Shown piece by piece: positions 8,982 to 18,800 of a stretch of DNA of 64,000 bases. Both the position numbers and the translations under genes were made by a program. Below the pieces are notes generated by a model. That model worked only from the letters and a program-made list of their open reading frames with translations. It had not been told where the DNA came from and searched no databases. Origin of the DNA: Alphaproteobacteria bacterium (lineage in GTDB: Bacteria > Pseudomonadota > Alphaproteobacteria > Rs-D84); assembly GCA_031555055.1 (NCBI GenBank), contig JAVBUT010000004.1, positions 13,741 to 77,740 on the forward strand. The letters are read 5' to 3'. Numbering within the stretch: position 1 is the stretch's first letter; every line of letters begins with the position of its first letter.

Positions 8982-9680
8982 ATGCGAATTGCAAATAATA
9001 AAAAACAACGTCAGCCAAGGTTAAATACGACCCTGTCTGCCAAGGGACAGGTCAAAGCATCTAAAGCCAATTTGCAAAGCACACTGGTGCGTCAGCAGAA
9101 AAGACTGAAATCACAGGATATGGACGATGAAAGCGCGGAAAAGGTAAAGCGGGTCATAAAGGAAGTTCAAGAATCGCTAAGTGGCGAAAAGACTTGTGTT
9201 GGTGCAAGAAAAATTACCCGCGGACATTCCGTTGATGGTGAACGGCTATTGGCTATGCTGGGCCGGGACAAAATGAAGAAAAACAATGATCTGATCGCGC
9301 GTCTAGAAACTACAATGACAGATCAGTCAGCCGCAGGCTTGTTCGAAAAACTTATTGAAACAGCCGAAGATTTTGTCGAAAGAAATCCGGCTGCGACTGA
9401 ACTAAGAGATATTATCAAACAGGCAAAACCGATTTGCAAAGCGCGTCTGGATGACCAAAGGGCAAGACAAAAATCAGCAACCAAATCCAATTCCAAAGAA
9501 TTTGGAGAAACATTTAAAGAGTGGAGAAAATCCGAAAGGCATAAAAGTGAATTGGCCGCCAGAAAACAAAGACGCGAACAATTAAAGCAAGCCGCTAATG
9601 CTCTTGTCACAGCCAAGGTGTTTGACGCAAAAACCGGAAAATACAAATCCAAACGTGTAAATGTGGGGAATATAAAATGA
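8982..9680 (+). CDS. Hypothetical Lys/Arg/Gln-rich protein
   Basis: 232-aa ORF whose stop overlaps the lgt start by 4 nt (ATGA), which suggests translational coupling. I recognise no family. Confidence 0.55.
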   Translation: MRIANNKKQRQPRLNTTLSAKGQVKASKANLQSTLVRQQKRLKSQDMDDESAEKVKRVIKEVQESLSGEKTCVGARKITRGHSVDGERLLAMLGRDKMKKNNDLIARLETTMTDQSAAGLFEKLIETAEDFVERNPAATELRDIIKQAKPICKARLDDQRARQKSATKSNSKEFGETFKEWRKSERHKSELAARKQRREQLKQAANALVTAKVFDAKTGKYKSKRVNVGNIK

Positions 9681-10555
9681 TATTGATTGATCCTATTTCG
9701 CCGGTTGCATTTTCGATTTTTGGCTTTGATATACGCTGGTATGCGCTGGCCTATATCGCGGCCTTTGTCATCGGATTCTGGATGTTTAGACGTATGGTTT
9801 CATCTAAAGGTTCTGTTGCCTCTCACCCCGCTTGCGGGGGGAGTGACCGCAAATCGGTCAAGGGGGGCGAAAACACCACAATCACCCTTTCCAAAAAACA
9901 ATTCGAAGACCTGTTTACGGCGGTGATACTGGGGGTCATAATCGGTGGCCGGTTGGGATATGTTCTGTTTTACAATCTGTCGTTTTTTATTGCGCATCCG
10001 CTGGAAATACTTGCGGTGTGGCACGGCGGAATGTCTTTTCACGGCGGAATGATCGGAACCATTGTTGCGATACTGTTGTTTGCGCGCAAGAATAACGAAC
10101 ATGGATCGCCCGCACGTTACGCCTTGTCGATCATGGACGTCGCCGCGGTCTGTGCGCCGATCGGATTGTTTTTCGGACGCATTGCGAACTTTATAAATAT
10201 GGAGGTAATGGGCCGCGTAACAGACAAACCCTGGGGTGTTGTATTCAACGGCACCGGCGATGTTGCGCCACGCCACCCCAGCCCATTGTACGAAGCCGCG
10301 CTTGAAGGTGTCCTGTTATTCGTAATAATGTTCTGTTTGTGGAAATTCACAAAGCTGAAAAAATATCCGGGCGCGCTGTCCGGAATGGCGGCCATGCTGT
10401 ACGCGGTGTTCCGCATATTCTGTGAACAATTTCGCGCACCCGATGCCCAGATCGGATTTCTGACCAGCTGGGGCCTGACCATGGGCCAGTTACTGTCGGG
10501 TCTGATGTTTGCGGCCGGATTGGTAGTATTTCTGGTTGTTATTCGGAAAAAATAA
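9677..10555 (+). CDS. lgt: Prolipoprotein diacylglyceryl transferase
   Basis: GGRLGYVLFYN, HGGMSFHGGMIG, GRIANFINMEVMG, PRHPSPLYEA and FRAPDAQ are Lgt signature blocks. Compared with E. coli Lgt as I recall it, there is about 20 aa extra after the first TM helix. Confidence 0.93.
   Translation: MILIDPISPVAFSIFGFDIRWYALAYIAAFVIGFWMFRRMVSSKGSVASHPACGGSDRKSVKGGENTTITLSKKQFEDLFTAVILGVIIGGRLGYVLFYNLSFFIAHPLEILAVWHGGMSFHGGMIGTIVAILLFARKNNEHGSPARYALSIMDVAAVCAPIGLFFGRIANFINMEVMGRVTDKPWGVVFNGTGDVAPRHPSPLYEAALEGVLLFVIMFCLWKFTKLKKYPGALSGMAAMLYAVFRIFCEQFRAPDAQIGFLTSWGLTMGQLLSGLMFAAGLVVFLVVIRKK
9820..9871 (-). repeat. G/C-rich palindromic unit inserted in-frame in lgt
   Basis: ctctcaccccgcttgcggggggagtgaccgcaaatcggtcaaggggggcgaa. 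Its reverse complement aligns with the units at 37826..37889, 37904..37976 and 62822..62880. Confidence 0.7.
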
Positions 10556-11713
10556 ATGAAAAAGATAATAATAGCCTCTCTGGCGTTTTTAATAGTCGCT
10601 GCTGGTGTTGGCGGATGTTTTTATTATCGTGAACAAAAACTGTCCGATATGGTAGGCCAGATGATACTGGTCGGATTTCGCGGCACATCGCCCAACGATA
10701 CGTCGGTCAAAGATTTGGCCAATGATATTCGCGATGGTAAAATCGGTGGCGTGATATTGTTCAGCGTAGATGTAGAGCAGGGGCGCGCCAAAGGGTTAAG
10801 TGCCGCTGAACTTCGTGCACAATCAAAATCGCGCAATATAATCGACACCATTCAGGTTAAGAAATTAAACGCCTATTTATCCGATGCCGCAAGACAGGGT
10901 GGCCGTCCGCCGCTGTTCGTGTCGATCGACCAAGAAGGCGGGCGCGTGATAAGGCTGGGGCCAGAGCATGGCTTTGATTTCAAGATGCCATCGGCGCGTG
11001 ATATGTCAAAAATGAAAATGAAAGATATTTTCAAACTGTATACGGACCTGGGGGTGCGCTTGCGCCAACTGGGATTTAATCTGGATTTCGCACCATGCGT
11101 CGATCTGGACGTTGATCCGAAATCACCGGCAATCGGCGCGATGGGTCGTGCTTTTTCCAATGATCCGGCCCGCGTTGCCAGGTATGGCGCAATTGCGACA
11201 ATGGGATTGACAAGGGGCGGTGTGCTGTCGTCATTCAAACACTTTCCCGGTCACGGCAGTGCCGGCACAGACACGCACGACGGCATGACAGATATTACGA
11301 AAACATGGTCCGAATCCGAATTGGTTCCATACAAAACTGTGCCGAAATCTGCAATGGTCATGGTCGCGCATGTGGTTAATGAAAATTTTGATACATTACC
11401 GGCCAGCCTGTCGCCAAAGATGATCGGCGATGTTCTGCGTGGTCGTTTGGGCTTTCGCGGGGTTGTGATTTCCGATGACTTGCAGATGGGCGCGATTTAT
11501 GAAAATTACGGTCTGACCGAAACATTACGCATGGCGATTCTGGCCGGGAATGATATTTTGCTGTTGGGGAATAATTTGAAGTACACAGAAAACCTGGGCC
11601 GTGTTGCGCATGATGAAGTTATGAAAATGGTCCATGACGGTAAAATTCCCCGCGCCCGTATCCGTGAATCATATGACCGCATTATAAAAATAAAACAGAA
11701 AATAAGAGAATAG
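10556..11713 (+). CDS. nagZ: Glycoside hydrolase family 3 beta-N-acetylhexosaminidase (NagZ-like), exported
   Basis: GQMILVGFRG, VSIDQEGGRV, KHFPGHG and ISDDLQMGA are GH3 N-terminal domain motifs. An N-terminal hydrophobic anchor is present. Confidence 0.88.
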   Translation: MKKIIIASLAFLIVAAGVGGCFYYREQKLSDMVGQMILVGFRGTSPNDTSVKDLANDIRDGKIGGVILFSVDVEQGRAKGLSAAELRAQSKSRNIIDTIQVKKLNAYLSDAARQGGRPPLFVSIDQEGGRVIRLGPEHGFDFKMPSARDMSKMKMKDIFKLYTDLGVRLRQLGFNLDFAPCVDLDVDPKSPAIGAMGRAFSNDPARVARYGAIATMGLTRGGVLSSFKHFPGHGSAGTDTHDGMTDITKTWSESELVPYKTVPKSAMVMVAHVVNENFDTLPASLSPKMIGDVLRGRLGFRGVVISDDLQMGAIYENYGLTETLRMAILAGNDILLLGNNLKYTENLGRVAHDEVMKMVHDGKIPRARIRESYDRIIKIKQKIRE

Positions 11714-11716
11714 CGC

Positions 11717-12118
11717 ATGATTTTAATTAGTCACGAAATTAAATGTTCGCCAATCCATGGTATTGGGCTATTTACGAAACAAAATGTAAAAATGGGTGAA
11801 TTGATTGCACGGGCCAGCCCACAATTGGATGTTGATGTATCTGCACTAATTTTTGATTCTTTGGATTCAAAAGAACAGGCAGAAATATTATACTGGGGTT
11901 TTTATGATCCGTTGCGGGATACGTATCATGTTGCCTTTGACAAGATCAAATTTTTAAATCATTCGCAAAATGGTAATGTAACTGAAAATATGAAAACATA
12001 TGATATTTTTGCAGTGCGGGATATAAAAAGCGGTGAAGAGTTAACGCAAAATTATCTGGAATTTGAAGGCGCTGAAGATTTATTAAGCCGTGGGATTGTT
12101 GAATCTGATGATTGTTAA
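11717..12118 (+). CDS. SET-domain protein (putative protein lysine methyltransferase)
   Basis: 133 aa. GIGLFTKQNVKMGELI (GxG region), FLNHSQNGNV (a variant of NHSCxPN) and IKSGEELTQNY (the ELxxxY motif). Confidence 0.75.
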   Translation: MILISHEIKCSPIHGIGLFTKQNVKMGELIARASPQLDVDVSALIFDSLDSKEQAEILYWGFYDPLRDTYHVAFDKIKFLNHSQNGNVTENMKTYDIFAVRDIKSGEELTQNYLEFEGAEDLLSRGIVESDDC

Positions 12119-12151
12119 ATAATAACATAGTAGGCGTTTTGTAAAAATTCC

Positions 12152-12180
12152 TTGCAAATTCAATATCGGTGGGTTATGTT
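12152..12180 (+). promoter_or_regulatory. Sigma70-type promoter of tRNA-Ser
   Basis: TTGCAA, 17-nt spacer, TATGTT. The -10 element ends 10 nt before the tRNA. Confidence 0.6.
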
Positions 12181-12190
12181 ATTGCCCATT

Positions 12191-12280
12191 GGATGGGTGG
12201 CAGAGCGGTCGATTGCGACGGTCTTGAAAACCGTTGAGGATGCAAGTCCTCCGGGGGTTCGAATCCCTCCCCGTCCGCCA
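12191..12280 (+). tRNA. tRNA-Ser (anticodon UGA)
   Basis: Acceptor GGATGGG/CCCGTCC, anticodon arm ACGGT-CTTGAAA-ACCGT, long variable arm, T loop TTCGAAT, encoded CCA. Confidence 0.93.
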
Positions 12281-12471
12281 GATAAGTTGTTGATTTTAGA
12301 TTGTTTTTAATCAAATTCAATAACCCCAAATTAATCCCCGTATTCCGGGGATTTTTTGTTGTTTGATTTCGCGGTGTGACAGTGGTAAGCTGTGAATTAT
12401 CAGAAAACCGCGATTTTGGCCGACCCTACATACAATGGTCAAATTCGCACTGTCAATCCAAAGGATATACA

Positions 12472-13062
12472 ATGAGCAACGATGTAATTGATTTAAAAGA
12501 TTTTCCAAAGGTGATCAAAGGTGAACATATCGAATTGCGCTATATCGAACCAACGTTTGAAAACGCAACAGCGTTATTCAAATTAATTGGTGAAAATCGT
12601 GACCACTTGTTGCCTTGGATGTCATGGGCAAATACGGATATGAATAAAACGCCCGAAGAAGTTTTTGAATATCTGAAATCAAACGAGAAGAAATGGGCCG
12701 AAGGTACTACTTTGGACTTTGGCATATTCTTGGATGGCAAGCGTATTGGCGGTCGTTCGGCGCATTGTGTATCAGTCAACAACAAGTCTTTTGAAGTGGG
12801 TAGTTGGTTGGTCAAAGAAGCGACAAATAAGGGGTACGCAACCGAGGGTTTGAACCTGTTATTAAACGAAATGTTCAAGTTCGGTTTCAATCGCGCAGTA
12901 TTTCAATGTGATGTAAATAATGAACGTTCTGCAAAATTGGCAGCACGTGCCGGCTTTAAACAAGAAGGTTTATTGCGTCAAAACATATGGGATAAATGGC
13001 AGGGTAAATTTAAGGATACTTTGACCTTTTCCATGCTAAAATCGGAATTCAAAAAGTCGTAA
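12472..13062 (+). CDS. GNAT family N-acetyltransferase (RimJ/RimL-like)
   Basis: Start at MSNDVIDLK (ATG 12472) after AAGGA. Contains ...IELRYIEP...W..., an acetyl-CoA-binding-like segment (KGYATEGLNLLLNEMF), and the RimJ-like C-terminal DTLTFSMLKSEF. Confidence 0.8.
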   Translation: MSNDVIDLKDFPKVIKGEHIELRYIEPTFENATALFKLIGENRDHLLPWMSWANTDMNKTPEEVFEYLKSNEKKWAEGTTLDFGIFLDGKRIGGRSAHCVSVNNKSFEVGSWLVKEATNKGYATEGLNLLLNEMFKFGFNRAVFQCDVNNERSAKLAARAGFKQEGLLRQNIWDKWQGKFKDTLTFSMLKSEFKKS

Positions 13063-13064
13063 AC

Positions 13065-13811
13065 ATGCCAAATAATATCAAAATTTTTGTCGAATATGGA
13101 TTAGACTTTGATAATAACAAATACGGCTTTGGTCGCTCGACCGAAGTTGAATATGCCGACGGTACTGAATTTCGCCAAAGCGGCAGAGTGAAAATTGAAA
13201 AGTCAGATAAAATTAATCGCAGATATATACGGTTTTGGATTGGGAAATTTCTTTTCGTTGTTGGTACGGCGCGGCCGTATTTAGATTTTGTAAAAAAGAA
13301 ACGATGGAACTTTAAAATTGTTTATGGGACCAGTCGTCATGTCGAAATCAAAGAATGGAAATATGCGGCATATATTTTGCCTTTGCGTGAGATCAATGGT
13401 CAAAAACAAGTAGCATTAGCACTTTATCGTAAAAGCAATTGGCATGGTTTAATTGGCGGACGTTTGGATGATGGCGAAACACCGCGTGATGCAATGTGCC
13501 GTGAAGTTTGTGAAGAATTGGGAGACACCGCAAAGTGTATAACACATGACGCAATAGAAATTCCAAAAAAGAACGTAATCAAGATTCGTGATATTTTATT
13601 TCGCCGTGCGGAAAATGAAGAACATACTTATTTTGTCGCCCGGGTCCCAGCCGATACGAGATTGGTGTTTTGCGAGAAAGGCAACTCTGGCTTTGATGTT
13701 AAATGGATTGATTTCGAATTGTTAAGCGATGAAAAAATAATTGTAATGGAAGATATGCGCCGGTATTTTATAGACAGTGTCATCCCATTCATAAAGTCTG
13801 CTTTATCTTAA
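13065..13811 (+). CDS. NUDIX hydrolase with unknown N-terminal domain of about 110 aa
   Basis: The Nudix box GGRLDDGETPRDAMCREVCEELG (GX5EX7REUXEEXGU) is in the C-terminal half. I do not recognise the N-terminal half. Confidence 0.75.
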   Translation: MPNNIKIFVEYGLDFDNNKYGFGRSTEVEYADGTEFRQSGRVKIEKSDKINRRYIRFWIGKFLFVVGTARPYLDFVKKKRWNFKIVYGTSRHVEIKEWKYAAYILPLREINGQKQVALALYRKSNWHGLIGGRLDDGETPRDAMCREVCEELGDTAKCITHDAIEIPKKNVIKIRDILFRRAENEEHTYFVARVPADTRLVFCEKGNSGFDVKWIDFELLSDEKIIVMEDMRRYFIDSVIPFIKSALS

Positions 13812-13827
13812 ACGGAACGTCTGGTTA

Positions 13828-14244
13828 TCATTCTTTGAAAAAGATATTTCCATTTTTGGTCATGCTGGATAGGTCGGCCCACATACCAAAGTCGTTTTTA
13901 TGTGCTTCGTCTTCAATATTTTGAAACAGCTCTTTGGCGTATAGTGATTTGTCTGCGAATTCCGCGGCAAAAATCAGAACTATTTCGTGACCCAGCCCGA
14001 CAAAATTAAAAATATTTTCACGCACTTCTAGTCGTTCGCCGACAATTATTTCGATACCATATTCTTCCATGAATTCGCGCTTTAACGCGTCTGCGGCCAG
14101 TTCGCCAAATTCGACCCCGCCACCGGATAGGCGATAAAACTTGCGGTTGTTTGCGTGATCGGTAAGCTCGTTAACAAAATCGCGGCCGTCCGGGTGCTTT
14201 ATTTGCGCAAGCGCAAGGGTGCGAATATGTTTTTTCTCTGACAT
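13828..14244 (-). CDS. NUDIX hydrolase
   Basis: 138 aa with the Nudix box GGGVEFGELAADALKREFMEEYG. Confidence 0.85.
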   Translation of the reverse strand: MSEKKHIRTLALAQIKHPDGRDFVNELTDHANNRKFYRLSGGGVEFGELAADALKREFMEEYGIEIIVGERLEVRENIFNFVGLGHEIVLIFAAEFADKSLYAKELFQNIEDEAHKNDFGMWADLSSMTKNGNIFFKE

Positions 14245-14432
14245 TTTTTCTCCTTGGGATGAGAAAACTTTAGCATAGGTTTTTGTAATTGCCAGATTTA
14301 TTTGACTTTTTGGGTTGGGTCAGATATAATAATCGGGTATCAGAATTAACATCCACGGCGGAGAGCCGAATTTTTTCCATAATTTACGAACATCGCGTGC
14401 TTTCCGCTGTGAAAAGTTTGAAGGGAAGTCAG

Positions 14433-15710
14433 ATGAAAAATTTAAGCGCAGGTATAGATTTCGGAACAACTAATTCAGTCGCCGGATTGTCCAATGATGG
14501 CGATGTGTCTTTGATAGCATTGGAACAAAAACATATTGATATTCCAACTGCGATATTCTTTTCAAAATCCAAAAACAATAAAAAAATACTATTTGGTCGC
14601 CAGGCAGTTACCAATTATCTGAATAATGATGATGAAGAAAATCGTTTGATGCGGTCGTTGAAGCGTGTGCTGGGGACGCCCCTAATGAAATCGGGGACGA
14701 CTGTGTACGGTCAAAGTATGATGTTCAAAGATATAATAAATCTGTTCATGGTTCATATTAAAAACAAAATTGATATGGCGGCCGCCGCCGATGTTGAAAA
14801 TATTGTTATGGGTCGGCCAGTACATTTTCGTGATGGTGATCCATTGGGTGACGCGGCAGCGCAAAATGAGTTGGGCCAGATTGCAAAAAGTGCAGGGTTT
14901 AAAAACGTCTTGTTCCAATACGAGCCGGTTGCGGCCGCATTCGCGCACGAGGCGAATCTGCAATCAGAAACACTTGCCGCAGTAATTGATATTGGTGGCG
15001 GTACAAGTGACTTTACAATTCTGCGTTTGGGTGGTGCGAACCGCAATCGTGCCGACCGAACAGATGATATTCTGGCGAATTCTGGTGTGCGAATTGGTGG
15101 GAATGATTTTGATAAACAATTGGCACTGGATTCATTTATGCCGGAATTTGGGATGGGTACAACACATCGTGGCGCGCATGGTAAAATTCTGAACGTACCA
15201 AATACGCACTATTTTGATTTGTCAGAATGGTCGAAAATTAATTCACTGTATACGTATAAAAATATAAACATGGTGCGCGGGATTTTGATTGAGTCGTTGG
15301 CGCCCGAAAAATACGGACGATTGCTGGAAATTATAACGCATGGATTTGGACACAATATTTTGGGACGGGTCGAAGATGCAAAAATCAATTTAACTGAACG
15401 CGATAAAGTTGAAACAGTTCTGAGCTTTATGACGGACGCGCCAAGGATTATAACAACGCGTGATAAGTTCGAAAAATCAATCGCCAGCGCCACCGAAAAA
15501 GTTCGCAAAACCGCCGCCGAATGTGCGGCCATGGCCGGGGTAAATCCAACCGATGTCCAATTAATAATTCTGACCGGTGGTTCAACCGAAATTCCATATG
15601 TCTGCGAAACACTGTGCGGTGTTTTTCCAAATGCAAAAGTTTCAGGCGACAACAAACTGTCCAGTGTTGGTATGGGCCTGGCATTTGATGCATCGCGACG
15701 ATTTTTATGA
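14433..15710 (+). CDS. Hsp70-family protein, YegD-like (short, no substrate-lid domain)
   Basis: Start at MKNLSAGIDFGTTNS (ATG 14433). Actin-like ATPase motifs are present: IDFGTTNS, VIDIGGGTSDF, ILTGGSTEIP. At 425 aa it is too short for DnaK. Confidence 0.85.
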   Translation: MKNLSAGIDFGTTNSVAGLSNDGDVSLIALEQKHIDIPTAIFFSKSKNNKKILFGRQAVTNYLNNDDEENRLMRSLKRVLGTPLMKSGTTVYGQSMMFKDIINLFMVHIKNKIDMAAAADVENIVMGRPVHFRDGDPLGDAAAQNELGQIAKSAGFKNVLFQYEPVAAAFAHEANLQSETLAAVIDIGGGTSDFTILRLGGANRNRADRTDDILANSGVRIGGNDFDKQLALDSFMPEFGMGTTHRGAHGKILNVPNTHYFDLSEWSKINSLYTYKNINMVRGILIESLAPEKYGRLLEIITHGFGHNILGRVEDAKINLTERDKVETVLSFMTDAPRIITTRDKFEKSIASATEKVRKTAAECAAMAGVNPTDVQLIILTGGSTEIPYVCETLCGVFPNAKVSGDNKLSSVGMGLAFDASRRFL

Positions 15711-15814
15711 TGCGGTATTAAAAGATTCCTATCGCGGATTCGTTTGTGTTTTTTTATAGTTGCATTGGTATGCTATTTTTTTTAGAATTACACGCGATAG
15801 GGAATCAAAGTCTT

Positions 15815-18800
15815 ATGAGAGAAGGTCGTTTTATCCTTGGTTTTTTTGGGTTGGTTTTTCTTACAGTGCTGCCGTCGGTCGCGCTGGCTGTGGATTGTGC
15901 CGCTGGTAAATATTGGGACGGTACAGGATGCGCCACATGCACCAGGGGATATTATTGCACCGGTTTTTCGAATGTGACGGACCCAGCCGTTGGGCATGGA
16001 TTGACCGAATGCCCGCCGGATTATACCGATGGGGACCCCGGCGCGACAAACAAAAACCAATGCATGATAACCACGCCGCCCGGATACTATACCATGGGGT
16101 ATGGATTGCTGGTATGTTTTGAATTGGGTTATAACTGTTTGGGCAACATACGTGTGAAGTGGGGCAGTGCCGGCGGATATGCGTTTTGTCCGGTAAAGGA
16201 ATATTCGGACGTGTCGGGCGCAGTAGCATGCAAAATGTGTCCCGAAGGTTATCAAAGCAGTACCACAACCGGTAAAAAAACAATAAACCTGTGCCAGGCA
16301 AACACTGTGGCCGGAAAGTATATTGCAACTCCTTTTGATATAGAAGGGACCACATGTCCCGAGGGATCGTACTGCACTGGTGGGGTCAAGGTTAATTATG
16401 GTGAAATCGGTGGAATATCCGCATGTCCCGAAGGATATGCCGATGGCGCCAGCGGTCGAACCGCAATCGGACAATGCGCGATGAAATTGCCCGAGGGGTA
16501 CTATATAAAAACGGCCAAAGATTCTGTGCCGACAAAGTGCACCGAACCTGGATATTCTTGTCCGGGCAGCGTGGTGAATTATAGTTCGGTCGGGGGCCAG
16601 GTTATATGTTCCGGCGCCACTTATTCCGGTATACCCGGCGCGTCGGCTTGTTCGAATTGTCCGGACGGCTATAACGCCAACACCACCGCTGGCAAGGGCC
16701 TGATAACAGATTGCCAAATAAACGTTACGGCCGGAAAATATGTCGCCGATGCGACCAGTTCAACATTGACTGTTTGTCCGGCGGGATATTACTGTCCTGT
16801 GAATAAATTAAATTATGGCAGTGCGAATACGCCGACAGCATGTCCGTCCGGCTATACTTTCGGAACGCCAGGCGCGGATGATGTCAGCAAGTGCAGCATC
16901 AAAACATCCGCCGGAAAATACATAGCGACCGCAAACTCAACCACAGAGACCAATTGTCCCGCCGGCAGCTATTGCCCGCCAGCAACAGTTAACTATGGCG
17001 GCACCGGTTCTATACTCGCGTGTCCTGGCGACTATAACGATGGCGCGGCAGGCCTGTCGAACATCACCGATTGCAAAATACAGACAAGCAATGGAAAATA
17101 TATCGCGGCGTCAAACGATCTGACTGAAACCGACTGTCCGGCCGGGTATTATTGCCAAAGCCAGTCGATACAATTCGGTGGTTTCAGCACGCTGACGCCA
17201 TGTACAGGCGCAACGTATTCGTCATCCGGGGCCGCATCGTGCGCGGTTTGTCCAACAGGGTATGTCGCAAATACAGACGAAGGTAAAACAGCCATATCAC
17301 AATGCCAATTTCAAACAACGTACGGGTATATGATTGAAAATCCCGGTGATACGTTTGAAACTGCGTGTGCGGTTGCGTCTGACTGTCCGGCCACGCTGGT
17401 CAACTATGGGCATTCCAACAGCGTCACCCAGTGTACAGGCGGATTTTACCTGTCCGGTGGAAATTGCGTTTCGTGTCCGACGGGATACAAGGATGAAGAT
17501 TCTGTAAATAAAACAGCAATAACGCAATGTGCGAAAAAAGTAACCGCGGGGTATTATATTAGGACCGCAAATTCTGATGTGGAAACGATTTGTCCTGCGA
17601 ACAGCTATTGTCCTGGTGCGCTGATCACGTACGGCAGCACAGGTGGGATAATAACATGCCCGACAGGATATACCAGTGGCACAACCGGTTCTGTGACTAT
17701 AAACGATTGCAAGCTAAAAACCAATGGTGGAAAATATGTTCAAGTGGCGGAATCGTCCACGACTGTAAATTGTCCGGCAGGATATTACTGTCCGTCGGAA
17801 TTTGTAAATTATGGCAGTGTAAATACTCCTACGCCTTGTCCGGCTGGCGAATATTCCACACTTATGGCGGCGACTTGCATTTCGTGTCCCACAGGGTACG
17901 AAGCGGGACCGCCAATAAAAACAGTTCAGACGGATTGCCAGATGAACGTCAGCCCCGGTTTTTATATTTTGAATGCCAAGGATTCTGCGCCAACACCGTG
18001 TCCGGTCGGCGAATATTGTTCAGGGGGATTGATTGCGTACAACAGCAAGGGCGGTAAGCTGGCCTGTACGGGCGCAACATATTCCGATACTTTGGGTGCG
18101 TCCGAATGCAAGCTTTGTCCGACAAGATATAATTCGAACGTGACTGCCGGCAAGACATCAATCAACCAATGTCAAACAGTGGCCAATGCCGGAAAGTATA
18201 TCGCAAACGCGGGTGATACAGTCGAAACCCTGTGTACAGCCGGTCATTATTGTTCCGGCGGTCTAATAAATTTTGGCAATGTCGGAATAATCAACCAATG
18301 CATGGGTGCGACATATTCGGCCGGTGGCGCCACGAATTGCACAGTGTGTCCAACCGGGTATACGGCAAATATAGACCCAGGCAAGACATCGATTGAACAA
18401 TGTCAAATTTTGGTTAACGCAACGAAATATATCGGCACGCCATACAGCGCGACCCAAACCAATTGTCCCGCCGGCAGCTATTGTCCTTTTTATGGACCTT
18501 TGAATTATGGCAGTGTCATTATGCCGACAAAATGCACTGGTGCCACCTTCTCGTTGGGCGGAACCATGGAATGTGAAGAATGCGCGGTTGGATACAGGGA
18601 TGATCTTAGCGAGGGTAAGGTATCGTATACGGGCTGTAAAAAAATCACGACCCCCGGCGAATATATACAGGCTGCACGCGATCTGGTCGGAACACCGTGT
18701 CCAGCGGGAAAATATTGCCCGTCGGCAACGGTCAGTTTTAACAGTACCAACAGCTATATGGGTTGTCCTTTGGGCTATCTGGATGGTCCGATCGGTGCCG

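Noticed and set aside
15788-16717. Long antisense ORFs inside real genes, for example 15788..16717 (309 aa), 20264..21133 (289 aa), 39472..40149 (225 aa), 33626..34189 (187 aa), 52297..52956 (219 aa) and 21290..21931 (213 aa).
   Set aside because: They lie entirely within, and antisense to, genes with strong family signatures. They have Arg/His/Cys-rich low-complexity translations and no start context. This is typical of shadow ORFs.
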